Positions 34,969-47,254 of a stretch of DNA of 64,000 nucleotides are shown here, piece by piece; positions within the stretch are counted from its first letter, which is position 1; every line of letters starts with the position of its first letter. The notes beneath the pieces were generated by a model, which was given only the letters and a program-made list of their open reading frames with translations, was not told where the DNA came from and did no database searches. The stretch covers positions 163,171 through 227,170 of the forward strand of contig JAKMXF010000325.1 of NCBI GenBank assembly GCA_024704765.1, read 5' to 3'. Source of the stretch: Oopsacas minuta (lineage: Eukaryota > Animalia > Porifera). The position numbers were made by a program, and so were the translations under genes.

Positions 34969-35832
34969 CTAAGCTAAAAGTCATCTACATGGATAAGCAC
35001 TTACACTACAAAGTTGACTTTACTATTTTGTGGCTGATTAGAACTTTCTTCCAATTGTATCTTTTTCTTCCTCATTCCATCGTAATGGTAACAATTTGTA
35101 CCAATGAAGGTGTTCAGGGTGAAATGATTCCCAAATAGTAGCGTACACCCAATGAGTTGAAAACATTGGAGTTTGCTCTGATGAAAGAGGTGAATTTTCT
35201 TCTCAATGTTCTTTTCAAACACCTTAAGATTTCCCAATTCTAGAATAATCAACGGAGACAGTTGAACAAAATCCCCTTGTAAGTGCACAACATGATTTTG
35301 GTGCTTGCATAGTCTGCTTACGAGAGAGGTAGCCTTACTTCCGATAGTAGATTGGCCGTTTTTCGTGAATTTATCGAATGTAGTTATGTTAATGACCTTT
35401 GAAATTTCTTGAGAGTACGAAGAAATACTATAAAATATGTGCTTGGTCTATCGTCTGAGAAATGAAATACTATATTTGTAAATTGCCTATATAGATATAC
35501 AGTTGATACGCTATCACTTACACGGACATTTCGTTCAACTGTCTCCGTTGATTATTCTAGAATTGGGAAATCTTAAGGTGTTTGAAAAGAACATTGAGAA
35601 GAAAATTCACCTCTTTCATCAGAGCAAACTCCAATGTTTTCAACTCATTGGGTGTACGCTACTATTTGGGAATCATTTCACCCTGAACACCTTCATTGGT
35701 ACAAATTGTTACCATTACGATGGAATGAGGAAGAAAAAGATACAATTGGAAGAAAGTTCTAATCAGCCACAAAATAGTAAAGTCAACTTTGTAGTGTAAG
35801 TGCTTATCCATGTTAGATGACTTTTAGCTTAG
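34969..35832. repeat. Long inverted repeat: arms 34969-35267 and 35533-35832 (about 300 bp, one 1-nt indel), 265-bp spacer
   Basis: Direct comparison of the arms; it explains the mirror ORFs 35001-35288 (-) and 35503-35799 (+). Confidence 0.95.
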
Positions 35833-36984
35833 GCATTGTAGTCGTCTTAGTACGTAGTGTTTCAAAAATAGTCAAAAGATATAGGAAAACCATTTGCATT
35901 TGAAGAGTCAGATATTATCTACATATATGGGCGAAGTAAGGGGAGGGCTAATTAAGAATTTACGAAAAAACACATTGAGGAATGCATAGGCTGAACATTG
36001 ATCTACCATAAATTCTATTTTACTTGGAATTTGTCCATATTTTTCTGTGCAAATGCAAGGAAATATTTTGATAAATTTATTTGTGTGAGGAATCTCATCA
36101 TAACTGACACATAATTGGATAAATTTCCTGTTTAACCATGGATGCATGGATTTCGTATAGATTACTATGTCAAATTATTGAGGTGCCTAGCACAGTAACT
36201 GTGCAAGGTATTCACTATAAATCTATAACTAACACGTATAAATTTGATATCCAAGCATGAGTATGGCTTCCCAAAATTAGGATTTGTCATCACATGATTC
36301 CGTAACAGACCTTTTTGGGCGATTTTGGCCTAACTCGAACGGTTAATAAGTTATCACGTTATGTATCAGGATTGACCATATATGGTAAGTTACTTCATAA
36401 TTAATTAATCATTATAGTTAGGGATCAAAAATGTATTATTCATGAGTAATACTGTTTGATCTCTAATTGCAGATAGATTAGTATAAAATCTACAGCTCCA
36501 CCATCAATATTTAAATTTTCTCGCTCGCTACGTTCGCTCTACCAGGAATTCAATTAATAACATCATGTACTTATCAATTCTCTGACACATTTTAGTAACT
36601 GAATTCTGAACTATTTTGAAAATGCTGAATTACAAAAACATCCTTGAAATGTAGTAAGAAATTGATTTTGAAGCAAGTCTGCTGAATATAATCAAGAATT
36701 GAATAGAACATGCTATTAGAAAGTAAATGAAAATGTAAACATATTTGTAAAAATTTCAGCGATTTCATTATTTAATTGAGGCTAAACGAAATGATTGATA
36801 GTCTTTGTGAAGTTATTAAGGGGTAGCAATTCATTCCTCAAATCAGGAAATACTAAGAAACTCAATTTGCGATTAATGGAGGTTTATATTTTGACAAATG
36901 AGATTAATAAACCTGGCTTTCTCTGATATATATATATATAAAAACTTATATTATGTAGGCTATGTCTGAGTATAATATATTAAT

Positions 36985-38514
36985 CTAATCATTCTCCACT
37001 TCAACTACATACTGAGGCTTAACATGGTATGCTCCTAGAGTATACTGCTCTCTTATCTTAGTGTAGAATATTCCACCCAATATCTCCTGAGAGGTGTTAG
37101 AATTCGCGAGAATAGTAATAACCTCAAATCTAGAATAGACTAACTCCTCCCCTGATATACCCTCATTGCTAATAAGATACTCAAGAAAACCTGGACAATT
37201 CCGCATACTCTCTTGTCCCCATCTCCAACATGCAACAGCACGACACACAGAGAATACACTGGTCTGTAGTTCTGAGAACGGCTGCTTCATGACCAGGAAC
37301 ATTCTCTTTAACGGATCACTCCCGATACAATTGAACCAAGAGCGTGTCTGTTCGTGGTAGAACTCAATATCACTCATCCAACTCCGCTGCTGTATTAGAG
37401 CAGAGAACATACTGAGTATCTGAACTCTCCTAGCACTGCTACTGCTAGATAACTGACTGGCACAGATACACAAGGCCTCGTGTATACGAGAGTTCTTATT
37501 AAGTAAGACACGACCTTCCTCCAGAGCAGAGAGATGTGTCAGAGACTCCAGGAACACTTTCATGTCCCTCTCTTCCCCAGCCTCTAGGAGTGAAAACAGA
37601 TGTGAGATTAGCGGTTCATAGTACATATTTCCTTCAGTAGCAGTGTGTGGTAGATGAATAAGTGAGAAGAAGAACACGATAATGTCGTGGCGTACCATCT
37701 CCAGAGCAGGGTCTGTATTCTCTGCAGTTGCTAGCTGTAACAGACGTGATAATACTCCGTTACTTCTGAAGAAAGCATACCCATCAGGATGCTGACAGAA
37801 AATTGACAGGGTGTCAAGATAGCACAGGAAGCTGAGGGGATCTTCTGAGCTAAGACGCTGTGAGAGGACAGACAGGAGACCAGAGTGTTTACAGTACTCA
37901 AATGCTTGTGGAGATAGCGCGGATATACGTGATATAGCTGTAAGCACACGAATAGCTGAGATGTCATCCTGTAGCTGTGATAACAACCCGGCTATTAGAG
38001 GAGATGAATCAGAGAAGAGAATAGATAGAGCTGTCTGATGTCCTGACACGCTGATTAGTGTATTAGTTATATTCTCTACAAGAGCTAGATCGTTATGAGA
38101 GAATAGAGTAGGGATAGAGGATAGGAGATATGTCGTTAGGTATGTAGAGAGAGATACAGGATCATGCTTAGATACAAACTGTAGGAACTCACATACTAAC
38201 TCTACCTGTAGGGGAACAGCGTTAGAGATAGCTGTCTCTAGGTGAGAGGGGGGAAGGAGAGAAGAGAGTGTGGGGTAGAGAGGAAGTATCAACAGACGTT
38301 TGAATATTGATATGATTAACGAGCTCTCTGATTTAGAAGTTCTAGAAGAAAGCAATAATAGATCTGTTACTAATAGCTGTATGACTTCACTAGGTAATGA
38401 CAGGAGTGTAATCTGTCCAGAAAGAATAGAGGAGTGAATGCTCTCTAGAGAGTCTATACGTCTAGGAACTGATTCAGTAGTTGACATGTCTTCTAGGAGA
38501 GACTCAAGATTCAT
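36985..38514 (-). CDS. PSMD5: 26S proteasome non-ATPase regulatory subunit 5 (S5b/Hsm3 assembly chaperone), single exon, 509 aa
   Basis: ARM/HEAT-like Leu-rich helices, EDPLSFLCYLDTL, MKQPFSEL, WRWGQESM...PGFLEYL and C-terminal LGAYHVKPQYVVEVE, resembling the PSMD5 GPYYVKP motif. Confidence 0.85.
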   Translation of the reverse strand: MNLESLLEDMSTTESVPRRIDSLESIHSSILSGQITLLSLPSEVIQLLVTDLLLLSSRTSKSESSLIISIFKRLLILPLYPTLSSLLPPSHLETAISNAVPLQVELVCEFLQFVSKHDPVSLSTYLTTYLLSSIPTLFSHNDLALVENITNTLISVSGHQTALSILFSDSSPLIAGLLSQLQDDISAIRVLTAISRISALSPQAFEYCKHSGLLSVLSQRLSSEDPLSFLCYLDTLSIFCQHPDGYAFFRSNGVLSRLLQLATAENTDPALEMVRHDIIVFFFSLIHLPHTATEGNMYYEPLISHLFSLLEAGEERDMKVFLESLTHLSALEEGRVLLNKNSRIHEALCICASQLSSSSSARRVQILSMFSALIQQRSWMSDIEFYHEQTRSWFNCIGSDPLKRMFLVMKQPFSELQTSVFSVCRAVACWRWGQESMRNCPGFLEYLISNEGISGEELVYSRFEVITILANSNTSQEILGGIFYTKIREQYTLGAYHVKPQYVVEVEND

Positions 38515-38676
38515 TTTAATGCCTAATAAATGAACTAAACGGTCAACTCAAATACCAAGACTAACCATATTACTTCTACATAAGGCCCCTGTTGATACGA
38601 TTTCCGGATAAGACGAACAATATTTACACAAAAATCATGTACCTACAAATCTACAATGGTTATCAAATTGGTACTA

Positions 38677-38979
38677 CAGTAGAACGTCAGTTATTCTAAC
38701 ATGATGGGACCAAGGAGGGTTCGGATAACTGATATTCTATTACAATATATGCCAGATGTGACCAGATAATTAACAATGTAATATGTTTTTATAGATGTAG
38801 TCTAGATCATGGCCATAAATCTCCAGTATATTAAATAATATATTTAGTGGATTTGGGATGTGTGAAGAATAAATGAGTTCAGTTAACTGAATTATTTGGA
38901 TAACTGGCGTTACACTGTACTCCGGATAAATCGAACAAAATTCACCATCCATTGGTTTCGTATTAACGAGGTTCCACTG
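38677..38979. mobile_element. pogo/Tigger-like MITE (303 bp)
   Basis: TA|CAGTAGAACGTCAGTTA ... TAACGAGGTTCCACTG|TA. Confidence 0.7.
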
Positions 38980-39959
38980 TATTTTAGATACTTAGATGCT
39001 TGATTGCTAGTTATAGAATCCAGAGTAATGTTCTTATATCCGAAAAAAATTGTATGGATTAGATAGATAAGATTCGATAAATTGAGTATTTGATTGACAA
39101 TGAAACCCAGGGAAAATTGCATATATGTAGGGTTGGTAAATATTTATATTGGTTTAGACCTGGTTATACAGCAGATACCGAATATAACAACACCGGTTAT
39201 AAGACTCCTACTGTTGACTCAAGTTTTTCCAGCACATAGTTAAAAAATTCCCAAACTGTTGATATGGGTTTTCTCGGTCTACAAAATGTTATATCAGGTT
39301 ATATGGAAATTATAGACAGTCTACATATAAGATAGATCATTCAAAAATTACCAGAAACCAGTAGAATTAGATCCGGATATGAAATAAGATCCTGTGAGGA
39401 TTGGGAGCAATACTCCAGAGATATGATCGGTCAGCTTTTCCATGACACGACCAGCCCAAACGGGCTGATCGACTGGTCAATCTCAATAACTAATAAACAA
39501 TACTAAACTTCTCTAAATTTATATTTAAACTAAAACTATGTCAACATATAGCCATATTGAACAACCTGAGTGAATAATATAGTGATATAGTGATATGTCA
39601 CACAAAAATCGAGACAATTGGCAAGTATGTATCTCGAATACTCGAATAATTGGTAAATTTCGAACTTCCGGTCGACCGGTCGGTCAATATCTCGACAGGT
39701 ACCTGACAGGTGCTGATCAACCCCGACCTGTTCCATTGGTCGAGATTCAAGTCAATCGGAACTACAGATTATCTAGGATCTCACGGACGTATGTAACATA
39801 ATACACCCTCCACATCATTACGTAGAATATCTATAGAATCTGCACCAAAAGATACATTAATAATCGTAAGCAAAAGTATATCGCTACTAATAAATTTGAC
39901 TATTCTTTCACTAAAGAGATACCTATAACATGTAAATACATTAGTAGATACTAAATAGT

Positions 39960-40337
39960 CTATTGGAAATGTTTTATAATGAAGAATACTGTTACCCCGA
40001 GCAATATGATGCCGATAGGAACGATCCAATTAACCTTTTTCTCCCCTTCAGCTGCTCCGGTAGTAAATGGGGGAGGTCTACGCTCTGACTCTGCAACTTC
40101 CCCAATCAGAAACCCCCGTCTCTTCTCCAGAGCATCTGCTGAATGCCCTACGTCATTGAAAGCTATCGTAGCGTCTTTAGCTGCTTGCTCTAGTAGTACT
40201 TCTTCCCCACCTGGATGATCTGTTAGAAATTTCGTGACGTCATACACTTTATCTTCAAATACTATCCATAGAGAACTGCGTGTATAGTGCTTTTGTATTT
40301 CAGCCCATGTGTACTGTTTGAGATTATCATGAGACAT
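39960..40337 (-). CDS. CYB5: Cytochrome b5, tail-anchored, single exon, 125 aa
   Basis: LWIVFEDKVYDVTKFLTDHPGGEEVL and AFNDVGHS (both heme-ligand His), with a C-terminal TM helix. Confidence 0.95.
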   Translation of the reverse strand: MSHDNLKQYTWAEIQKHYTRSSLWIVFEDKVYDVTKFLTDHPGGEEVLLEQAAKDATIAFNDVGHSADALEKRRGFLIGEVAESERRPPPFTTGAAEGEKKVNWIVPIGIILLGVTVFFIIKHFQ

Positions 40338-41818
40338 ATTGTATTAGGTAAATAATTATAGCTAGTAAAGTAAGTAAACGTACATACAGTGGATCCCGTT
40401 AATAATCATAAAATGCTCAAATCCAAAACCATTTCCGTTACTTCTTATACTAAAAAACTCATAATTTTATACTCTAATTTATACTTTAACACGTGCTAAA
40501 TAGAATGCAAAACCGCCAAGCTTGCGATCTCTACTGAAGCCCAGACAGCTGGATTAGGAGTGAATATATTTTAGAAAAATAGTTGACAATTGGAAATAGA
40601 CAAAATGATTATTATAGTAAGCAGGTTTTGAAATACTGCCATATTTTTATCGTCGTTTAACAGTTGTTCTATGGCGTTTTAAAAATTCTTAAACTGCACA
40701 AAAGGATTTATAAGCAGCTCACTGGCCCCATCGATCCACCCATCGGGAAATCTCCCGTTCTCCCCGTAGGTCAGTCCGTCCCTGCTAGTAGAAATCTATT
40801 AGAATGAAACATGGAGTATTATATCGTAAATAAGTTAACAGTGTGAACAAACTGGTTTGCATATAGTTGTCTACTTGTATTGTCACTTAGTACTGAACAC
40901 GTAAATACATACTCCGTTTACGAACTGTATTCCCAGATTATCCCGGATAATGTCATATTCGGACGAGAGGATGACATAAACGTTATCCACTGTATCTACA
41001 AGATATATAGATTAATCATGTACACTTTAATGCGAGATTAAATGAAAGTTCAAGTATATAAAAGGTATCTGCAGGCAAGGCGGAAGCATAATTAAGTAGT
41101 ATGGCATTTCCAAAGAGACTACATAAGAACTCTAGCATATGGCATACATTCATAAGCGCCAACTTTATGAGGCCAGGGAATAAGTTGAGGCGTCCAAATT
41201 GTAAAATCTAAAACATTTGGTAGAGAAACTAATAGATATTATAGAATAATGTAAAGTAAACGTAAAACGAAAGTCTGTAAAGTACGTAACAAGGTTTGAG
41301 TCAACCGTTATTCTCAGCCAAATCTCCATGAGTTTGGCAAGCCATTTGATAAGTAGAATATAGTGTCCAGGATTTTGAAAATTAAGTCCAGGAATTTTTG
41401 GGTACAAATATTTAAATATACAGGATATAGACTTAAACATGCTGGTCACCCTAAGCTATAATACCTTGACTGAGAGGAACTATGAGCAGTGTTACGTTTT
41501 TCGGTGATGGTGCCAACGCGGCGCGGCGGTCGGTTAGGACCGAAAACCCATAGGTTAGTGCTGAAGGCTGGTAGGTTTGGGTTGAATCCCGGAAGGTTTT
41601 AAGTCGAGTATATAGAAATAATAGAATGATAGCATTTTACGTGAGTCAACCAATTCAATTAAGCCAACGGGATATTTTTAAATAACTAAATTATCTAAAC
41701 AAGTAAGCAAGGATTGGGAAACAGGAGCAAAAAATGAGTAGGTCTTAGACCTTGCAAACACTTGGGGGAAGCAGGTTTCAGACATTGCCAAGAAACAACG
41801 TAACACTGAGTATGAGAT

Positions 41819-42250
41819 TTACATGTTATCCAAAGATTCTGTTAGACTACGGTTAGTTACTCCAATATGAGATACAATATCCAATGCAACACTGATATGT
41901 ATAGCTAGTAGGTGCTTGCACATTATAGCCTCATCCTTAGATAGAACAGAGTAATGAAATGAAGAACAGGGGCAGAAGTTTGCCTCCAATAAGCATGAAT
42001 AACTCTGCTCAGAAACACTGGCTACTTCATAGACACAGCGACCAGATGTGGATTTGAGTCGAGTAACTGCTTTGTGATCCACGAGGTCTAATGCTGGGAA
42101 GAGAGAATTAGGAAATACTGTGAGCAGGTCTCTCATCAATCCATCAGATATTTCACCATCAGTAGTCCATTGTTCCTTCACTTCTTGGAACAAGTGTATT
42201 GCAATTTCTCTTAGAGATACACGGCGATTAGTATTTCCTACCTTTGCCAT
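41819..42250 (-). CDS. ZSWIM7: SWIM zinc-finger protein 7 (SWS1, Shu complex), single exon, 143 aa
   Basis: LFPALDLVD...SGRCVYEV...YSCL...FCPCSSFHYSVL...MCKHLLAIHIS (CxC-x-CxH SWIM motif). ATG at 42250 preferred over the upstream TTG. Confidence 0.9.
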   Translation of the reverse strand: MAKVGNTNRRVSLREIAIHLFQEVKEQWTTDGEISDGLMRDLLTVFPNSLFPALDLVDHKAVTRLKSTSGRCVYEVASVSEQSYSCLLEANFCPCSSFHYSVLSKDEAIMCKHLLAIHISVALDIVSHIGVTNRSLTESLDNM

Positions 42251-44220
42251 GTCATATACAGATTCAGATAAATTAGAACTAGAGCTGTATGGGGAAATTG
42301 ACTTGATAGTGTACACATAGACCATTATACAGATAAGAAAGTAGCAAAGCAACGAATAAAATGTCCGGCTGACAGACTGGTAGTGCAGCTCAGGGTTAAG
42401 TAGTTTTGTTCTTTTCAGGGGGGCAAGGCCCCCCCTGACCCCTCATGTAAATACCGCAATGCACCGGACCCAATTGATTTTGGGCTCCTGGATCAGACTT
42501 CATGTCTATCCTCAAATCCTATGGGTAATATTCCCAATAATTATCCTTTAATTACCCCCTGTCTAACTTTTGAAAAGAAATCTCTAGCATCAATTAGAAA
42601 TATTTGCACAAGAAAATATGATAAATAATGTAAATATAAATTTGAAAATTTTGGAACCTAAGATGCTCGATTCACCCTTGAATAGCAGTTAAAACGAAAT
42701 CTCTACATGATTATGAAGAATAGGCAAAAAGTTGTGAAAATATCATCTGACAAATCTATGAATTTGTAACTTTCAAACAATGAAATTCTCAAAATCCGAC
42801 TCTACTCACCCAATTACCCCTAACATCACGTTGCAACCTATTATCTAGCTTGCTTTTGTATTTTACATAGAAAGGTGTGAAAATATGATTAATCACCAGA
42901 ATGGTGTGAAATTTTCACTTTAGAAAAGTTCATACCCGAGGTGCAAATCTCCGACACAAAATGTATATATATGCCAATTTTCATGTTAAATGGACTGCTA
43001 GATTTCGCACGGCCGCGCGGACGGAAGAACGTCGCACATTCGTCATACCATTAGGGCATCTCTATATAGGAGCTGAACTAAAAAGAGATGCCATTTGTAT
43101 AAATCTCATAAAATTTCAAACACCCTCCAAGTTTGTGATAAATTCACATCAAAAATTTGTTTGATTTTTTGAAATTCTTGTATTTCTATAAATTAATGTT
43201 CTACTAGAGCGCTTCTCTTGCTAGGTAGCTGCGCGACAGCTTAGTGCCCCAGGTTAGATAGGTATTAAACAGATAAATATCTTAGTGCTTTGGTCACTAA
43301 GCGAAGGGATAAACTCAGCACTTCGTGCCCGGGTATATAATATAGCAGAAATTGGTACAATTGCAGAATCTTACACCCCCAACTTTTTTAATGTGGTCAA
43401 AAATCCCTATATGCACCGTTCAAGAACTCGTTGAGAGAAGTTGATAGAGCTAAAGAAATCCAAAATCGGATTAAAATTGACAAAGTTACGAAAAATTTAC
43501 TCCCTAAGCCAAATCCTATGGGGAAAATTGTATTACCCACTATAGTCAAATTGTATTGATTTATACATTACAATTACCATAGGAATGCTCATACTGTTGA
43601 TATTGCGGTTATACACGCTTGTTACTCTACTCTTTCATGCTCATTTGTTTGCTATTCAGTGTATTTCACTGCAGGTAATTTTGTTACTTTAAAGGAAAGC
43701 TGGTTATTACATAATTCTGTCTGCAACACTAAATATACAATGCAACATTTCATTTCATATTTTATACTATGGTACCTCGATAATTCGACCTAGTTAATGG
43801 AATTCCCGATATGACACATATATTTGCATATATTCTGTTTCCTAAAATGGTAGTTTAATTTGTATTACTCCGGCCAAGGTAAACCAATTTTGATCGTTCG
43901 TTTGTGTTCGTATCAATGTTAGAAACAATTCATGTACTATTTAATCGCATAGTTATGATCCAGCTTCTCTCCAGGTGCGTTAGTAATGTTGGAACAAAGT
44001 TTTCATGGGTTTTTACTTATGATAGTGGGCAGAATATTAAATATATGACACCCCATGGCTGGATATAATACTATGGGTAGCAGTTATATTTGGAGTAACT
44101 AATTAGTATTGAGCTTTCCATACACTACTTTAACTACAAATCTACAATATAACAAGTACTGCTACAAAAGAAACACCAAAGCAGAAGTATGGTACAGTTA
44201 GATAACTGGATAGTGCTTCC

Positions 44221-45141
44221 TTATTTCCATGATAAGGTTGGAGAAACTAGCTTCTCCATATTTTTCTGCCAACAAACTTCAGAAAAGTGAGTCTCTAAAA
44301 GTATGGGGTTAGTAGTCATGCAATTCCTCAGCCGTTTCTTCGCACCACCCCATGTACTCTCAACTGTTTGCGTATGTACACCTGTATTAGGGTCAACAAA
44401 ATTGAGACTATGGTTTACGGTGAGATGCTGAAAACTTGCAGCGGGGATAGAATTATACGATGCCCATTCGTCAGAAAGTATGGTAGTGCCCGGAAGAATA
44501 TATCTCTGGATGAGAGGGACTAATGTTGCAGCCGACCTGTCTTGAACAGGTATCATAAAGATATCTTTTGTCTCTCTATCTATTCCTCCAAATACCCATT
44601 GACCTGATAGCATACGACCTCTTGAATACTTTCGATATCCAAACTTTGATTCATCTATTTCTACAATATGCCCAGGCCCTCCAATTGGTTGAGGATTGAC
44701 TAAAAATTCCTCAACACATAGGTCTCTGAGGAAGTTCTTCCAGTCTGTTATAGTATGCTCTCCCCACCCTAGATTCTTGTGTAAAAAGGCAGTAGTTTGC
44801 ATATTATCGGTCCAGAAATAGAGAAATTCTACCAACTCAGTTAACGGTATATGAGCACCTTCAAAGAATGAGCCAATCCTCATCGAAGCGAATTTCTTGC
44901 ATGACTTTTCCGGGCACCTCCACCCCTTTCCATCTGCAAAACCTGAAAATGTTCCGGGTCTCATAATTCTACCGCATTTGCACATCATCCCGGTAGCTAA
45001 AAGTCCGTTACTTTTGAGCCATGCTATACAAGTATCTTCATCAATAGTGATATTACGAAAAAGTTGTTTTAAGGTCATTTCTTCAATAACTGGAAATATT
45101 GTAGGAACCAGCAGAGGTTGAAACGATGGAGCAACTGCCAT
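44221..45141 (-). CDS. Merlin/IS1595-family DDE transposase; a 1-nt deletion in an A5 run (44261-44265) replaces the C-terminus, and the corrected stop would be at 44198 (314 aa)
   Basis: Zn ribbon CKC...WRCPEKSC, VEIDESKF, WVFGGIDR, ILSDEWASY, VNHSLNFVDP, HTQTVESTW. The other frame gives KYGEASFSNLIMEIRKHYPVI*. Confidence 0.92.
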   Translation of the reverse strand: MAVAPSFQPLLVPTIFPVIEEMTLKQLFRNITIDEDTCIAWLKSNGLLATGMMCKCGRIMRPGTFSGFADGKGWRCPEKSCKKFASMRIGSFFEGAHIPLTELVEFLYFWTDNMQTTAFLHKNLGWGEHTITDWKNFLRDLCVEEFLVNPQPIGGPGHIVEIDESKFGYRKYSRGRMLSGQWVFGGIDRETKDIFMIPVQDRSAATLVPLIQRYILPGTTILSDEWASYNSIPAASFQHLTVNHSLNFVDPNTGVHTQTVESTWGGAKKRLRNCMTTNPILLETHFSEVCWQKNMEKLVSPTLSWK

Positions 45142-46257
45142 TAAGGGTTTTATAATAGAAATATCACAACTCGAATAATTAGGATTTGTTAGTTATATTT
45201 CCCTGATATTCCTTTTATACTTGACTTAAGATTGATCGAAATACATTGTATGATCGTTTGGAATGTATTCTTTAAGTATAGGTAATAATTACATGTGATT
45301 TGCATGCCACTTTCCTAAACCATTTGTTGTTCAACTCAGTAACCAGCAAACAGCATTCCAATTATACTAAATTTTGTATGTAATAGATACTGGTATAACT
45401 ATGAACACATCAACAAATCTATACAATAGAAATTACATCTGAAACCACATATTTTTACCACACTTCTCATGTTTAATCTCAAGCATATTTACCATATTTT
45501 AGGTGATTGTTGGTTGTAAAGAAAATTTATGTAAATAATCCCATAATCAAATAACTTTCTCATTCGGATCGTTATATTGTCTTCCGATAACAATAACTAG
45601 TAAATAGAATTTGATTTGGCCACATTAATCCCAAATTAAGCGATGTACCTAGTACGTAGCTTATTACAACTTCCTAAATCAAGAGAAAATCGTCTTGAGT
45701 GAGTTACTAATTTCACTCGATTACCTAAATTTGTCCTAATTAAGCGGAGTTGACTGTCTAATAATACTGGCATTGTAGGGACGCAGGAATCACAAACTTA
45801 CTGTTGCAGCATTCATCACATCTCACCATTAATATACATTGCTAATTATTGGTTCGGAGCGACCGCCGAACCTGTTACACGACCTCATAAGGCCCAGTAC
45901 TGTAAACTTCCGTTATAAGCTAACATCAATTATATGACTAAACTCACGCTATAACAAAGTGATTCACAAACCTCCTCCAGCTTGAAAGTATTGATCTTAC
46001 TCCGCATATATCCTAATGCTGCAGATCACGAAATGTAACCGGGTTCCGTACCAGTCCAGAACACTTCGTTATAATGAGAATGTGTTGCAGTTACAAACTG
46101 ATTGCACTTGCTCAAGTTTATCTATAATAGACATTTGACCCCGCACATTTGGTTCAGGCAAGAAATACCACCCGTATTATATTAGCTATCCAAAACTTGA
46201 TACTTTTGCTCTGCACTGGCTAAACATTATCGGGGTATTACAGGGCAAGTGTCAACC

Positions 46258-46483
46258 CCATACTTGCCAACATGAGTGAAGATAAAATGCGGGACAGAAG
46301 GGGCTAATTGAGCGGGACATCGTCGGATGCAGCATATTTGTATTAGACTGGACTACAAAATAGAGGGACAATTAAGGGTTTTGTCAAGTTTTGGCTGGAC
46401 ATTAGCCTCATTGGCAGTCAACACATATTCGGGGCGAGTAATCGTGGTGTCCCGCCAACCAACGGAACAGTTGGCAAGTATGG
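46258..46483. mobile_element. Small TIR element nested inside the Merlin element
   Basis: 14-bp perfect TIRs CCATACTTGCCAAC / GTTGGCAAGTATGG; no clear TSD. Confidence 0.55.
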
Positions 46484-47254
46484 TACGTTTGAACGACTTC
46501 ACATACAGGATGCAATTTAGTTGCATGCATAATATGAAATGAAATGTTGCATTGTATATTTAGTGTTGCAGACAGAATTATGTAATAACCAGCTTTCCTT
46601 TAAAGTAACAAAATTACCTGCAGTGAAATACACTGAATAGCAAACAAATGAGCATGAAAGAGTAGAGTAACAAGCGTGTATAACCGCAATATCAACAGTA
46701 TGAGCATTCCTATGGTAATTGTAATGTATAAATCAATACAATTTGACTATAGTGGGTAATACAATTTTCCCCATAGGATTTGGCTTAGGGAGTAAATTTT
46801 TCGTAACTTTGTCAATTTTAATCCGATTTTGGATTTCTTTAGCTCTATCAACTTCTCTCAACGAGTTCTTGAACGGTGCATATAGGGATTTTTGACCACA
46901 TTAAAAAAGTTGGGGGTGTAAGATTCTGCAATTGTACCGGTATTTCAGGTTTTTTCGGGTAAGCTCGTACCCAAAAGTATCTTTGGGGAAGGTAAAATTA
47001 TACAAAAAAGTTGTATATAGCTCAACTATACTAGAGTACAGTTTATGTATATTAGCTTTTCTATGCTAGAGGAAAGGTCATTTGTTAGGCCTAATGAAAG
47101 TACCTTTTTGGAATGAGGGTATGGGGTTTTTGTATTACAAAAAACTCTACTATAGTATAGTTGAGCTATTTATAAGGAATCTGAAAATTATATAATTTAT
47201 AAATTTTAAAACACTCTGGAATTCTATAGTTACAAGTGGCGTAGCCACGCCCGG

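Larger units (their letters stand above)
43354..46938 (-). mobile_element. Merlin (IS1595-related) DNA transposon, 3585 bp, with identical 408-bp TIRs
   Basis: 43354-43761 is the exact reverse complement of 46531-46938 (checked along the full length); ends start with GG. Transposase inside; no TSD found. Confidence 0.92.

Noticed and set aside
35001-35799. Two identical ~95-aa genes on opposite strands
   Set aside because: They are mirror ORFs with non-ATG starts, created by the inverted repeat, with no recognisable domain.
39180-39470. Possible LINE reverse-transcriptase remnant
   Set aside because: Only vague YGF.RS and D.SK echoes across many frameshifts; insufficient to call.
41500-41600. 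tRNA-like GC-rich stretch with GGGTTGAATCCC
   Set aside because: No convincing cloverleaf, acceptor stem or A-box; at most a degenerate SINE-like fragment.
44221-45141. Bacterial IS1595 or contaminant contig
   Set aside because: Motifs and long TIRs fit eukaryotic Merlin elements, and the element is embedded among host repeats and eukaryotic genes.
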